A DNA stretch of 46,727 nucleotides, from the NCBI GenBank assembly GCA_050633305.1, contig JBOEGF010000049.1:1-46727 (forward strand), in the 5' to 3' direction. This DNA comes from Nannocystales bacterium. GTDB taxonomy: Bacteria > Myxococcota_A > Polyangia > Nannocystales > Nannocystaceae. Both the position numbers and the translations under genes were made by a program. How positions within the stretch are numbered: the first letter of the stretch is position 1; each line of letters begins with the position of its first letter. The notes beneath the pieces were generated by a model. The model was given only the letters and a program-made list of their open reading frames with translations, made no database searches and was not told where the DNA came from. Below, piece after piece: positions 35,828 to 45,878 of this stretch.

Positions 35828-37480
35828 ATGTTGCAACGACACGAAGTGCTGTGGGTCCTCCTTCTGTCGGCAGCTTGCACGGACTCCGCGCCTGGCCGGA
35901 CGAGCATGTCCACCGGCCAGCCCGGGACGGGTTCGGATACCGAGTCCGCAGAGACTGAGGGCATGACCTCGGGCTCCAGCGGCGGGGGGGTGGGGACCGG
36001 TGGGCTACCGACCGCAGGTGAAGCACCGTGTGCCGATGGCGACGCCTGTCCTCCGGGTGCGGCCTGCGCCGACCCGGGAGCCTGCGGAAGCGGATTCTGC
36101 GTGGATGGGGTGTGTTGTGACAGCGCTTGCGAGGGAGCCTGTGAGACGTGCGCGCCGTCTGGGACGTGTGCGCCAGTCTCACCGCAGACGCAGCCCGAGT
36201 GTGCAGCGGGGTGGGCACTGGGACTTGGCGCTCCGGTGGACGTGGAGGAGGAGCCCGACGCCAACTTCGACCGAGGGACATCGATCGCAATCGACGAAGA
36301 AGGCAACCTCTACCTGGCCGGTACGTACAACCAGCAGGTCGACTTCGGAGGCGGCGTTGCCACTGCGGGGGCCGACGACCCGTTCGTTGCGAGCTTTGCC
36401 CCCGATGGCACGTACCGCTGGCACACGCAGTTTGGCGGACCCGGCCATGACACAGGCGGTGGTGTGGCGGTGATCCCCGGCACCCAGGAGATCGTGATGG
36501 TCGGGGCGGTGACCGGAGATCCTGGGCTCCCGGGCAACTGGGTGGAAGGCAGCCTGAGAGGTTTTGTGGCCAAGCTCGACCGCAACACCGGGACGTTGGC
36601 CGCATCGCGGGTCCTCGATGCGTCCGAGCAGAGCCGGGCTATCGCGGTCGCCGTGGACCCGGGAGGGGGTATCCACGTGGTCGGGGGCTTCTACGGAGCG
36701 TTCGAGGTCGACATGGCGAGGGCCTCGGTCGGCGATGAAGACATGTTTGCGGTTCGACTCGATGCGGCGCTGCAACCGACGTGGACATGGACCGATGGTG
36801 ACGTCGAAAAAGATCTCGCCCGAGGCGTCGCGGTGAATGCTGCCGGAAGCATCGCGTTGACGGGATTCGTCACGGGAGCCGAGGACTCTCAGGACATCGT
36901 CGTCGCAGGTTTCGTCTCGCCGCCGAACGTCGCGCCGACGTGGAGACACCAGTTCGCATCTCCTCCAGGTGGAGGGGCCAAGGGCCACTCGGTCGCGTGG
37001 ACGCCGGACGGCGATGTGGTGATGACCGGGTTCTTCACGGGCCCTGTCCTCTTCGGACAAACTACCCCCGACGGCGGGGGCAGGGACGGGGTGCTGGCAC
37101 GCTTCAACGGCGCGACTGGAGATGGGGTTTGGGCCATCACCTACGGCGGGCCCGGAGACGACCATTCCCGGGATGTCACCGTGGACGCGGCGGGCAACCT
37201 GCTGGTCACGGGCGACTTCAGTGACGATGTCGTGATCGGGGGGCCGTTGACCTCCAACGGAGCCAAAGATGTGTTTGTCGGGAGCTTCTCCCCCGACGGA
37301 ACGCCGGCGTGGACCCGGTCGTATGGCGGCGTGTCCAGCGACAACGGCAACGCGGTGGCGTTGGCCCCCGACGGGACATTGTACGCAAGTGGCCACTTTC
37401 GAGAGACCTCCATGTTCGAATCCGCCGCCCTGGTCGCGGCAGAAGGCGCGGACATCTTCTTGATGCGGTTGTCACAATGA
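35828..37480 (+). CDS. lipoprotein with Cys-rich module and SBBP-like beta-propeller repeats
   Basis: Lipobox SAAC; CGSGFCVDGVCCDSAC; repeats such as IAIDEEGNLYLAG, VTVDAAGNLLVTGDF. Confidence 0.85.
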   Translation: MLQRHEVLWVLLLSAACTDSAPGRTSMSTGQPGTGSDTESAETEGMTSGSSGGGVGTGGLPTAGEAPCADGDACPPGAACADPGACGSGFCVDGVCCDSACEGACETCAPSGTCAPVSPQTQPECAAGWALGLGAPVDVEEEPDANFDRGTSIAIDEEGNLYLAGTYNQQVDFGGGVATAGADDPFVASFAPDGTYRWHTQFGGPGHDTGGGVAVIPGTQEIVMVGAVTGDPGLPGNWVEGSLRGFVAKLDRNTGTLAASRVLDASEQSRAIAVAVDPGGGIHVVGGFYGAFEVDMARASVGDEDMFAVRLDAALQPTWTWTDGDVEKDLARGVAVNAAGSIALTGFVTGAEDSQDIVVAGFVSPPNVAPTWRHQFASPPGGGAKGHSVAWTPDGDVVMTGFFTGPVLFGQTTPDGGGRDGVLARFNGATGDGVWAITYGGPGDDHSRDVTVDAAGNLLVTGDFSDDVVIGGPLTSNGAKDVFVGSFSPDGTPAWTRSYGGVSSDNGNAVALAPDGTLYASGHFRETSMFESAALVAAEGADIFLMRLSQ

Positions 37481-39195
37481 GGGCGCGCGTTTGGCCGTTG
37501 CTCTCGCTCGTGGCGGTCATGAGCGGATGTGGTGGCCCTGAGGCCTTCCGCTGCGTTCGTACCGACCAGTGCCGCGACATGGGCCTGGAGGGGTTGTGCG
37601 AGCCCACGGGGTACTGCAGCTATCCGGACCCGTGGTGCGCCTCGGGTCAGAGCTATGGTGAGTTCGCGCCACCTCCCTTCGGAGGCCAGTGCGTTCCCCA
37701 AGGTGCCGAAGACACAGAGGGCGGAACCGGTGGCGACGAAGGCGGGGACGGTGGAGGTGGTGTATCGGGCGGGGGTCCGGTGCCCGACGCGGAGTGTGGG
37801 AACGCCATCGTCGAAGCCGATGAGGAGTGCGACGGAAGTGACCTCGGGGGCGCGACCTGTGCCGGGTTGGGGTTCGCCGCGGGGGCCCTGCAGTGTGGTG
37901 ATGGTTGTGCACTCGACACCGCCTTCTGTACACAGTGCGGCAACGGTACGCTCGACTTCGGCGAGGCGTGCGATGGCGTTGCGTTCTCCAACGAGGCCAC
38001 TTGTGCCGACGTCGGATTGGGCGCCGAGGACGAGCCACTGGGGTGCACCCTAGGATGTGCGCTCGACTTCGCGATGTGCAGTGCGTGCGGTGACGGCATG
38101 CTCACGCCTCCCGAAGAGTGCGACCCAGCTGTAGTCGCAGAGGAAAGCTGCGCAGGGCTTGGCTTCGACGGAGGGGCGTTGGCGTGTGCGGCGGGTTGCG
38201 TTTACGACACGAGCGAGTGCACCGACTGCGGCAATGCCGTGCAAGAAGGCCTCGAGGCGTGTGACGGCGCGGATCTTGGCGGCGCCACATGCCAGACCGA
38301 GGGGTTTCAGCAGGGGCCGCTGCAGTGCACACCGACCTGCGGTTTGAACACCAGCGAGTGCTCGACCTGCGGCGACAATCTGATCTCCGGATCCGAGGCG
38401 TGCGACGGAAACGAGCTGGGCGGGGCAACCTGCGAAAATCAGGGGTTCACCACCGGGCAGCTTTCGTGCAGCGGGACGTGTGCCCTGGACACTTCCGCGT
38501 GCAGCGTGTGCGGCAACGGTGCGATCGATGGGCCCGAGGTCTGTGATGGGCTCGAGCTCGGCGGCGCTTCGTGTACGTCGCTGGGGTTCGTCTCGGGCGC
38601 ACTTGGATGCACCGACTGCGGCTTCGACACCTCGGCGTGTGCAGGTCCTGGCTGCGGTGACAACATCGTCAACGGGGGCGAGAGCTGCGATGGCGCGAGT
38701 GTGCCGAGCAACTGTGTCGCGCAGGGGTTCGACGGCGGCATGCTTGGATGCGACGCCGAGTGTGGCTTCGAGACCTCTTCCTGCTTTAGCTGCGGCGACG
38801 GTGCGGTGAACCCAGGCGAAGAGTGCGACGGCAACGCGCTGGGCGGCAACACTTGCGTTGGCCAGGGGTTCGATGGCGGTGCGCTCACGTGCGATGGATG
38901 TGGACTCGATACATCCGGCTGCCACTCGTGCGGCGACGGAGTCATCAACGGCACCGAGGAGTGCGATGGGCTGAGCTTCGGCGGGGCAACGTGTGTGTCC
39001 GAGGGGTTCGGCCCAGGCAGCCTCGGGTGTACGAACTGCGCCATCGACACGGGGTCCTGCTCCTTGTGCGGCAACGGTGTCGTCGACGCCGGGGAGGACT
39101 GCGATGGACAGGTGTCCGGCTGTTGGAGCTGCGTGAACTGTGTGCTCGACGACGCGCTGTGTTGCGGCGGTGTCGGGCAGCCTCAGTGCGACTGA
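37477..39195 (+). CDS. lipoprotein with ~9.5 Myxococcus-type Cys-rich repeats
   Basis: Lipobox MSGC; ~47-aa units CG(N/D)G...ExCDGxxLGGxTC...GF..G.L.C...C..DTS.C; ATGA-coupled. Confidence 0.88.
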   Translation: MRARVWPLLSLVAVMSGCGGPEAFRCVRTDQCRDMGLEGLCEPTGYCSYPDPWCASGQSYGEFAPPPFGGQCVPQGAEDTEGGTGGDEGGDGGGGVSGGGPVPDAECGNAIVEADEECDGSDLGGATCAGLGFAAGALQCGDGCALDTAFCTQCGNGTLDFGEACDGVAFSNEATCADVGLGAEDEPLGCTLGCALDFAMCSACGDGMLTPPEECDPAVVAEESCAGLGFDGGALACAAGCVYDTSECTDCGNAVQEGLEACDGADLGGATCQTEGFQQGPLQCTPTCGLNTSECSTCGDNLISGSEACDGNELGGATCENQGFTTGQLSCSGTCALDTSACSVCGNGAIDGPEVCDGLELGGASCTSLGFVSGALGCTDCGFDTSACAGPGCGDNIVNGGESCDGASVPSNCVAQGFDGGMLGCDAECGFETSSCFSCGDGAVNPGEECDGNALGGNTCVGQGFDGGALTCDGCGLDTSGCHSCGDGVINGTEECDGLSFGGATCVSEGFGPGSLGCTNCAIDTGSCSLCGNGVVDAGEDCDGQVSGCWSCVNCVLDDALCCGGVGQPQCD

Positions 39196-39247
39196 GCTTC
39201 TTCGCGCACCCAGGAATCCCTTCAGCTTCCACCTGGAGACTAGAACC

Positions 39248-39694
39248 ATGACAACGCAACAGCTTTCATCAAGAACTCGGCTCCGCGCTGCGGCGGCTCG
39301 CTCCTTCATCTCAACACTCGGCACCATCGTCGCTCTCTCAGCGACAGGCTGCGACGACGAGGCGGGAACCCCCGACACCTACTTTGAAGGCACCGAGATC
39401 GCCGACCGCGTCCGAGCGGACCCGGACGCGATTTTCGTTGTCGACATGAAGTATGGCGTCGGCTACGAGTTCGACCAAAGGCAGGAGACGATCGATTTCT
39501 CCCGATTCCTCATCAAGTGCCCCTCGATGGACTCGCTGCAGCCCATGGAGTTCTTCGCGCAGACCATCGAGCTCGACCTTTCCACCCCGTACTGGGAAAT
39601 GGGTCCTGCAGCCGAGATGCCCCGCAGCGGGAATGACGAGGGGTACTGGAAGTGCAACGAGGAAGGCGAGGACTGCTTGTGGCACATTAAGTAG
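39248..39694 (+). CDS. hypothetical lipoprotein
   Basis: GGAG SD; lipobox ATGC-DDE. Confidence 0.7.
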   Translation: MTTQQLSSRTRLRAAAARSFISTLGTIVALSATGCDDEAGTPDTYFEGTEIADRVRADPDAIFVVDMKYGVGYEFDQRQETIDFSRFLIKCPSMDSLQPMEFFAQTIELDLSTPYWEMGPAAEMPRSGNDEGYWKCNEEGEDCLWHIK

Positions 39695-39721
39695 TCCCTC
39701 GGGCGGGCAGCGTTCAGACGC

Positions 39722-40402
39722 TCATCGGGGGGTCTCGGTTGGCAAGCAGACCGCGAGGGTGCCTTCGATGACACACGAGAGCTCCGGGTCGGCGCAGGTT
39801 GGCGTGTCGAAGTCGTCTGGCCCGGACACACACATCGAGACGCACTCGAGCACCACCACCTCCGGGTCGAGATCCACGTCGATGCACAGGGTTCCGGGAC
39901 CGCAGTTGTCGACGCCCGACCGGATGTTGCCCTCGATCTCACAGCTCTCACCCAACGTCGACGAGAAGGTGTCCAGGGGCACGCATCGCACCGCGTTCCA
40001 CTCGTCTCCCGCATCGTTGGCGTAGGGCGTGCAGCGTTCCCCTTCGCCGCAGTCTTGATAGAGCGTGTTGCATTCGATGGCGACGTCGGTGTCGAACGCC
40101 GTGGGGTCTTCGAAGGGTCCGGTGGTGGTGCCATCGCTCGACCCAGAGCTGCTGCTCGTGCCACCCGCGCTACCGCTGCCGCTCCCCGCTGAGCTGCTCG
40201 ACCCTCCCGACGAGGTGTTGGAGACCTCCGAGGTGGTGGTGGGCTCGACGGAGGTCGTCCCGTCGCTCGATGTGTCGGAAGCCGCTGAGCTGTCGTCGCC
40301 ACAAGCGGTGCAGAGCGCGATCCCGGCCAGGAGCAGGGCGGTGTCGCGGAGGAGACTTCGACCGAATACGCGAGGACATGCAGAGGTTAGGGGGCGGAAC
40401 AT
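39722..40402 (-). CDS. Cys-rich lipoprotein with S/T tether
   Basis: Lipobox CTAC-GDD; C..YQDC..GERC.PY...WN...C.P...GESC...GVDNC. Confidence 0.8.
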   Translation of the reverse strand: MFRPLTSACPRVFGRSLLRDTALLLAGIALCTACGDDSSAASDTSSDGTTSVEPTTTSEVSNTSSGGSSSSAGSGSGSAGGTSSSSGSSDGTTTGPFEDPTAFDTDVAIECNTLYQDCGEGERCTPYANDAGDEWNAVRCVPLDTFSSTLGESCEIEGNIRSGVDNCGPGTLCIDVDLDPEVVVLECVSMCVSGPDDFDTPTCADPELSCVIEGTLAVCLPTETPR

Positions 40403-40410
40403 GGTCCCCT

Positions 40411-40439
40411 CTTTGCGACTTCGCCGGGTTTTCTTACGG
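40411..40439 (-). promoter_or_regulatory. variant putative ECF promoter CCGTAAGAAAAC-N11-GCAAAG
   Basis: Same spacing as the three other copies; 8 nt before ATG. Confidence 0.5.
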
Positions 40440-40485
40440 GCTTGGGGCGGTGCGAGGGACGGATTCACCCAAGCCTGGCGGATGA

Positions 40486-41604
40486 TCACCCCGGGGGCGG
40501 CAGCGTGGTGACGCACTCGGTCAACGGCCCGGTGATCCCGCTGAGCCCCGCTGCGGTCCCACCTGTGCTCTCCGGTCCGGTGACCAACACCTCGGACAGC
40601 GCGAGCGTCCCGGGGTCGGCCTCGAAGAGCTGGGCGCTCACGTCGAAGATGTACAGCCGAGCGGTGTCGTCGTCGAACAGCGGTCCGCCCAGCACGTGCA
40701 CGCCGTAGGTGCCGGCTGAGCCCAGCGAGACGCCGTTGCCCTCGGTGTAGTTGAAGTCGTAAACGGTGCCGCTGTCGATCGCGAACCCTTGGCCGTCGGT
40801 GACCTCGCCATCCTTGTCGATGCCGGGCCCGAGATCGTCGATGTCCGGTGCGTTGTCGATGGAGAGGTCCGTGATGACCTCATAGGACAGGTCTCCGGAA
40901 AGGTAGTCCTCGGTGAAACGAATGAGGCGGTTTCCGTTGGTGTCGACCACGTCGGTCCCCGTGTCCATCAGGTACACGAGACCCTCGCAGTCGGTGTAGA
41001 GCGCTTCGATGCGAAGGTTGTCGGGGACCATGCCCAACACCTCGACCTCGATGTCGCTGGCCACGGTGGGCGGCTCCTCGATGTAGTAGATCTCCGTCCC
41101 CGCGGCGCTCTCTCGAGACAGCACCAACCCGCCGCTCTCCAGCATGGTGATCCCGGTCTGCCCATTCACCATCGGGGTGGTGACGATGCTTGTCACCAGC
41201 TGCACCACGCTGCCGTCCGACGGATCGAGCTCGATGTAGTTGAGCCGGTTCTCGGTGGAGTACCAGAGGTTCGGGTTCACCCACAGCGGGTCGGGAGGGT
41301 CGACGGGCTCGCCGGTGGAGCTACTCGACTCGTCGCCGCCAGAGCTGCTCGACGACGCCGGCCCGGTGGATCCCGTGGTGCCCCCGGTCTCGAGCACCGA
41401 GGTGGTGCTGCTGGTGCTCGGGTCCACCTCGGAGGTGCTGCCGCTGCCTGAACCCGCGCCCGACGAGCCTCCTGTCCCCGGAACCCCGGTGGTGGTCAAG
41501 CCCGAGCTCGCGTTGCCCGTCATCCCCGCGGGCTCACTTTCGCCGCCGCATCCCATCCACATCGCCGCTACGGCGACCACGCCCAATCTCTCCGCAAACC
41601 CCAC
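40486..41604 (-). CDS. lipoprotein, S/T tether plus acidic beta-propeller-like domain
   Basis: Lipobox WMGC; ~80 aa S/T/G linker. Confidence 0.78.
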   Translation of the reverse strand: MGFAERLGVVAVAAMWMGCGGESEPAGMTGNASSGLTTTGVPGTGGSSGAGSGSGSTSEVDPSTSSTTSVLETGGTTGSTGPASSSSSGGDESSSSTGEPVDPPDPLWVNPNLWYSTENRLNYIELDPSDGSVVQLVTSIVTTPMVNGQTGITMLESGGLVLSRESAAGTEIYYIEEPPTVASDIEVEVLGMVPDNLRIEALYTDCEGLVYLMDTGTDVVDTNGNRLIRFTEDYLSGDLSYEVITDLSIDNAPDIDDLGPGIDKDGEVTDGQGFAIDSGTVYDFNYTEGNGVSLGSAGTYGVHVLGGPLFDDDTARLYIFDVSAQLFEADPGTLALSEVLVTGPESTGGTAAGLSGITGPLTECVTTLPPPG

Positions 41605-41655
41605 GTGTCAAAGAGTGCCACGCCCTCTGAAGCTGGTGTAGACTCCGTTCTGCGA

Positions 41656-41937
41656 ATGCCGTACGTCGAGTACGCATGCGAAGGGCGCCTACTCTTTCGC
41701 ACAGAGACCACCGAGGGATCACAGTTTGTGCCCCGGGTGCACGAGATCGTCGTGATCGACGACGAGCCGTACCAGGTGGTGGACGTCGAGTACTGGGCGC
41801 GACGTATGGGCGCCACCGACAGACGCTTCGTGTGGCCCACCGTCTACGTGATCCCGGTCCCGTCCGAGGAATGGGAGCTGAGATTGGCTCGCCGCAACGC
41901 GAAAGCCAGCTCGGGCACGCCGCCGGTCCGCTATTAG
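41656..41937 (+). CDS. small hypothetical protein
   Basis: Strong codon bias, beta-rich (VPRVHEIVVIDDEPYQVVDVEY). Confidence 0.65.
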   Translation: MPYVEYACEGRLLFRTETTEGSQFVPRVHEIVVIDDEPYQVVDVEYWARRMGATDRRFVWPTVYVIPVPSEEWELRLARRNAKASSGTPPVRY

Positions 41938-41992
41938 ATCTGCTCTAGTCTGTTCGTGATCTCGTTGACCTGAACCGTTCGAGGAGTCCGCT

Positions 41993-42862
41993 GTGCTCGG
42001 TCGCAAGCGCAACAAAAAATACGCAAGGCCCCTGCTCCCCCCGCGAGAGTGGGCGCGCGTGGAGTCCTACATGGTCGACGACGCGGGCTTTGGTACCGAT
42101 CGCTTCGGGACCGACGCCGACATGCTGGGCATGGGCTACGCGCTCGGATACTGGCTGCATCGGCACTTCTTCCGGGTGGTCTCCACGGGGCATGACCATG
42201 TCCCCAAGAAGGGCGGTGGTGTTGTCGTGGGCAACCACAGTGGCGTGCTTCCGTTCGACGCGATGATGATCGCGACGGACGTCTTCCGTCACACCGACCC
42301 ACCGCGCTTGATGCGGTACATGGTCGACTACTTCGTCTACCGGGTTCCGTTCTTGGGTGTGTTCTTCCGCAGCATGGGGCAGATGCCCGGCACGCGCGCA
42401 AACTTCGACGGCTTGATCGAAGAGGGGCACCTGATCGGCATCTTCCCCGAGGGCGCGGAGGCATTGGGGAAGACCGCCGACAAGGCCTACGAGCTGTACC
42501 CCTTCAGCCCCGGGCACGTGGAGCTCGCCGCCCGACACGGTGTCCCTGTGATCCCCTTTGGGCTGGTGGGCGCCGAAGAGCAGATCAACATGGTCGCCAA
42601 CTTCGAGCCGCTGGCACGGCTGCTGCGCGTCCCCTACTTCCCCATCACGCCCACGTTTCCGTGGCTGGGACCCATGGGGCTGCTGCCCAAGCCGGTTCGC
42701 TACTTCATCACGTACGGGGAGCCGATTCACGTGGACCCGGCGGCGCTGACCAGCATGGAGGCTCGCGAGCGGGAAGTGGCTCGGGTGCGCGATGCGGTGA
42801 TCGAGTTGCTCGACGAAGGGCAACGCACGCGTAAGCGTTACGCGGAGGGCAAGAACGAATGA
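41993..42862 (+). CDS. lysophospholipid/glycerol acyltransferase (PlsC-like)
   Basis: NHSGVLPFD catalytic HxxxxD-like motif, FPEG, PVIPFGLVGAEE. Confidence 0.9.
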   Translation: MLGRKRNKKYARPLLPPREWARVESYMVDDAGFGTDRFGTDADMLGMGYALGYWLHRHFFRVVSTGHDHVPKKGGGVVVGNHSGVLPFDAMMIATDVFRHTDPPRLMRYMVDYFVYRVPFLGVFFRSMGQMPGTRANFDGLIEEGHLIGIFPEGAEALGKTADKAYELYPFSPGHVELAARHGVPVIPFGLVGAEEQINMVANFEPLARLLRVPYFPITPTFPWLGPMGLLPKPVRYFITYGEPIHVDPAALTSMEAREREVARVRDAVIELLDEGQRTRKRYAEGKNE

Positions 42863-43932
42863 GCGACGAGGACAAGGTCAAGGCCACGCCCGGTCGCAGA
42901 AAACGTCGCGACACGATGCGGCGAGCGGCGTTGGTCACCCAGGTCGACGAAGGGCCCGAACCCGGCGCACTGCGGGAGGGCCGTCGGCGGGTGCTGGTGG
43001 CGGGCGCACATCGCCTCGTGGCGGTGCACCTGATCGAGCAGCTTCTGGCCGACCCCAACGTGGATGCGGTGCTCGCCGTGACACGCGGGGCGTGCCCACC
43101 TTCGTTGTTGGGTGCAGACCCGGAGCGCTTCCACTTTGTCTCCGCGGATCTGTCCAAGCGGAGGCAGGTGGACAACCTGTTCCTGCTCGACCGGTTTCGC
43201 GACAAGCCGTTCGACACGGTCGTGCACCTCGCCTTTCAGGGCGACCCCACCGGCTATACCCAGCGCAACCACGAGTTCAACGTGAACTCGGCCAAGCACA
43301 TGCTCGAAGCGTCGCTTCGGCACCTGGTGGGCAAGTACATCTTCCTGTCGAGCGACGCCGTCTATCGCATCGGAGCCCGCGGCGACTACAAGGTTCGCGA
43401 AGACGCCGAGCTCAACCTCGATCCGACCGTGCATCCCATCTTGCGGGACACGATCGACGCCGAGTTCATCTGCCGGGCCAAGATGGACGACCTCGAGACC
43501 GAGGTCATGGTGTTGCGTCCCAGCGGGGTCTTTGGCGGCGGGGTTGTCTCCGGGATCAACCTGCTGTTCGAGAGCAACCCGCCGATGCTGCCCGTGGGGT
43601 TCGATCCTATGATCAATCCCACCACCAAGGAGCACCTCTCGCGAGACTTGCTCCTGGCGCTCAACCTGCACGGCAAGGGCGTCTACAACGTCGCTGGCCG
43701 TACCGTGGGCCCGCTCAGCAAGTTTCTCGAGGAGCGCGGCATCGTTCCCGTTCGCGTGCCCGGGCCCGCCCTCAAGATGCTCAACCGGGCACAGCGAGCG
43801 CTGGGCAAGACCCGATACCACGCGGGATTCAACCCAAGGCGGCTGTACTACAGCCTGGTGCTGGACGACGCTCGCTTCGAGAAGATCTTCCGGACCCACG
43901 CGGCGCGGGTCCAGGTCATCGACGACGGCTGA
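42859..43932 (+). CDS. NAD-dependent epimerase/dehydratase-like (atypical SDR)
   Basis: RVLVAGA, DTVVHLAF, FLSSDAVY, VLRPSGVFG, GVYNVAG; ATGA-coupled to the acyltransferase. Confidence 0.82.
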   Translation: MSDEDKVKATPGRRKRRDTMRRAALVTQVDEGPEPGALREGRRRVLVAGAHRLVAVHLIEQLLADPNVDAVLAVTRGACPPSLLGADPERFHFVSADLSKRRQVDNLFLLDRFRDKPFDTVVHLAFQGDPTGYTQRNHEFNVNSAKHMLEASLRHLVGKYIFLSSDAVYRIGARGDYKVREDAELNLDPTVHPILRDTIDAEFICRAKMDDLETEVMVLRPSGVFGGGVVSGINLLFESNPPMLPVGFDPMINPTTKEHLSRDLLLALNLHGKGVYNVAGRTVGPLSKFLEERGIVPVRVPGPALKMLNRAQRALGKTRYHAGFNPRRLYYSLVLDDARFEKIFRTHAARVQVIDDG

Positions 43933-44255
43933 CGGGGAGTCGACGCTCGGTGTTGAGGGGCTCGTTCTAGGCCCGGGCTTTCCGCGCGTCCGCGTTCTGC
44001 TCGACACGCTTCGTCTGGGTCTCCGGGCTGCGCCTTTCTTCGGGCCCGACCAGGACCAGTTGAGGAGATGCATGTGGCTCTTGGCGCCAGCCCGGAGGCC
44101 ACCGCACGGCCAAGTGGCTCGTCTCTCTGAGCGGGCAGTTCGAAGTCCGGCTCGCCCATTCTGGAGACTCCCAGCTCAGCAGGAGCATTTTATGCCCACG
44201 TATTTTTTGTAGTCTGTCTTGCGTTCCGATGGGCCGGTGATGCACATTACTCGGG

Positions 44256-45878
44256 ATGCCGACCCTGGAAAACAAGCACGGATGCCTCATCCTCGCCTCG
44301 ACGTTCGTTTTGTTCGCTTGTGGTGACGACACCACCGCCCTGTCGAGCTCGGGGTCTACAGGAGAGGAGACCTCCTCAACGACAGGGGACCCGACGACGG
44401 TGGGGGATTCGATGACGACCGGGGCTTCGATGACCCAGGGGGACTCGATGACGCAAGGAGACTCGATGACGACCGATGATTCGGGGTCGACGGGGGGCGA
44501 GTCGACGGGGGGCGACGAGAGTTCGACGACGGACGATTCTTCGGGTTCGTCGAGCGGGGGAGACGTCCCGGTTTGCGGAGACGGCGTGGTTGATGTGGGA
44601 GAGACGTGCGACGACGCCGGAGAGTCCGCGACCTGCAACGACGACTGCAGCACCACGGCGTGCGGAGATGGGATCATCAACGCCTCTGCGGGCGAAGGCT
44701 GTGACGACGAAGGGGAGTCGGCCACCTGCGACGATGACTGCACCGTGCCCGAGTGTGGAGATGGGCTCGTCAACGAGAGCGCGGGGGAGGCTTGCGACGA
44801 CATGAACAAGGACGATGGCGATGCGTGCGTCGCCGGTTGTGTCGCGGCCTCCTGCGACGATGGGTTCCTCTACGTCGGCAACGAGACGGACGTGGACTGC
44901 GGCGGTGACACTTGTGATCCTTGCGAGCTTGGACTGGATTGTGTGGACAACGACGACTGCGCATCGGAGTTCTGCGCGCCCGAGGGGGTCTGTGCTCCGC
45001 CCATCTTGTCGTCCGCCATCACGGTGACGAACGATGGGGCGGTTGACCTCGTGGACTGGCAGGTACCGGTGGACCTGACCGACGCAAACTTCACGTATGC
45101 GGATGCACAGGCGAACGGCGGGGATGTTCGGTTCTCCTCCGACAACGCGACCCCCGATCTGAGCTATTGGATCGAAAACTGGGCCGCCGGGGGCGACAGC
45201 CGAGTCTGGGTCAACGTTCCCCTGATCCCCGCCGGCGGTAGTGTGGACATCTACCTGCTCTACGGCGACGCAGCGCTGACGGACGCCTCCGACGGCGACG
45301 GCACGTTCGAGTTCTTCGACGACCACGGGGACGACGACTTCACCGACAAGTGGACGGACAACGGTGGCGCTCCCTTGGTGGAGGGCGGCGGAGAGCTGAA
45401 CCTCACCGGGAACTCGAACTGGGCGTACGCGGCCAGCGTTCCGACCTTCGACTATGAGATCGAGGTGCACACCGACCTCTTCGCGGGTGGGCAGTCCTCC
45501 GGCTTGGCCATCATCGACGACGATACGGACCTGCGCTACACGTTCCGCAGGACGGGTGCAAACACCGGGGTGACCTGGGATGCGGACGTCTCCGGGGGGA
45601 ACTCATGGGAGGATACGGGGTACCCCGCGGTCCCCTTCACCGAGGGCGCGACGCGTCGGGTGACCTGTGCGATGCGCCTCGTGGGCGACCAGGTCGAGGT
45701 CCTCGACTACTGCGACGGTGACACCTGCGGTGGTGTCCCCGCTGTCCTGACTCGGACGCCGTTCTCCGGTCTTCGCGTGGGTGTCAGCAACTACAACCTC
45801 GCGAACGGTCCGGTCGCGAGCGAGCTGTTTTTCGTCACCAAGCACACCACCGCCAACGTCGTGGCGACCGTGAACTGA
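44256..45878 (+). CDS. lipoprotein with Myxococcus Cys-rich repeats and DUF2341 domain
   Basis: Lipobox LFAC-GDD; DSMTxG repeats; CGDGxxxxxxxExCDD x3; GGDVRF...LSYWIENW...VWVNVP.IPA...IYLLYG. Confidence 0.85.
   Translation: MPTLENKHGCLILASTFVLFACGDDTTALSSSGSTGEETSSTTGDPTTVGDSMTTGASMTQGDSMTQGDSMTTDDSGSTGGESTGGDESSTTDDSSGSSSGGDVPVCGDGVVDVGETCDDAGESATCNDDCSTTACGDGIINASAGEGCDDEGESATCDDDCTVPECGDGLVNESAGEACDDMNKDDGDACVAGCVAASCDDGFLYVGNETDVDCGGDTCDPCELGLDCVDNDDCASEFCAPEGVCAPPILSSAITVTNDGAVDLVDWQVPVDLTDANFTYADAQANGGDVRFSSDNATPDLSYWIENWAAGGDSRVWVNVPLIPAGGSVDIYLLYGDAALTDASDGDGTFEFFDDHGDDDFTDKWTDNGGAPLVEGGGELNLTGNSNWAYAASVPTFDYEIEVHTDLFAGGQSSGLAIIDDDTDLRYTFRRTGANTGVTWDADVSGGNSWEDTGYPAVPFTEGATRRVTCAMRLVGDQVEVLDYCDGDTCGGVPAVLTRTPFSGLRVGVSNYNLANGPVASELFFVTKHTTANVVATVN

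Noticed and set aside
34380..36605. Long N-terminal extensions given in the ORF track for the CHAT gene and the sigma
   Set aside because: They overlap well-supported neighbouring genes and have shadow-like composition; starts were shortened
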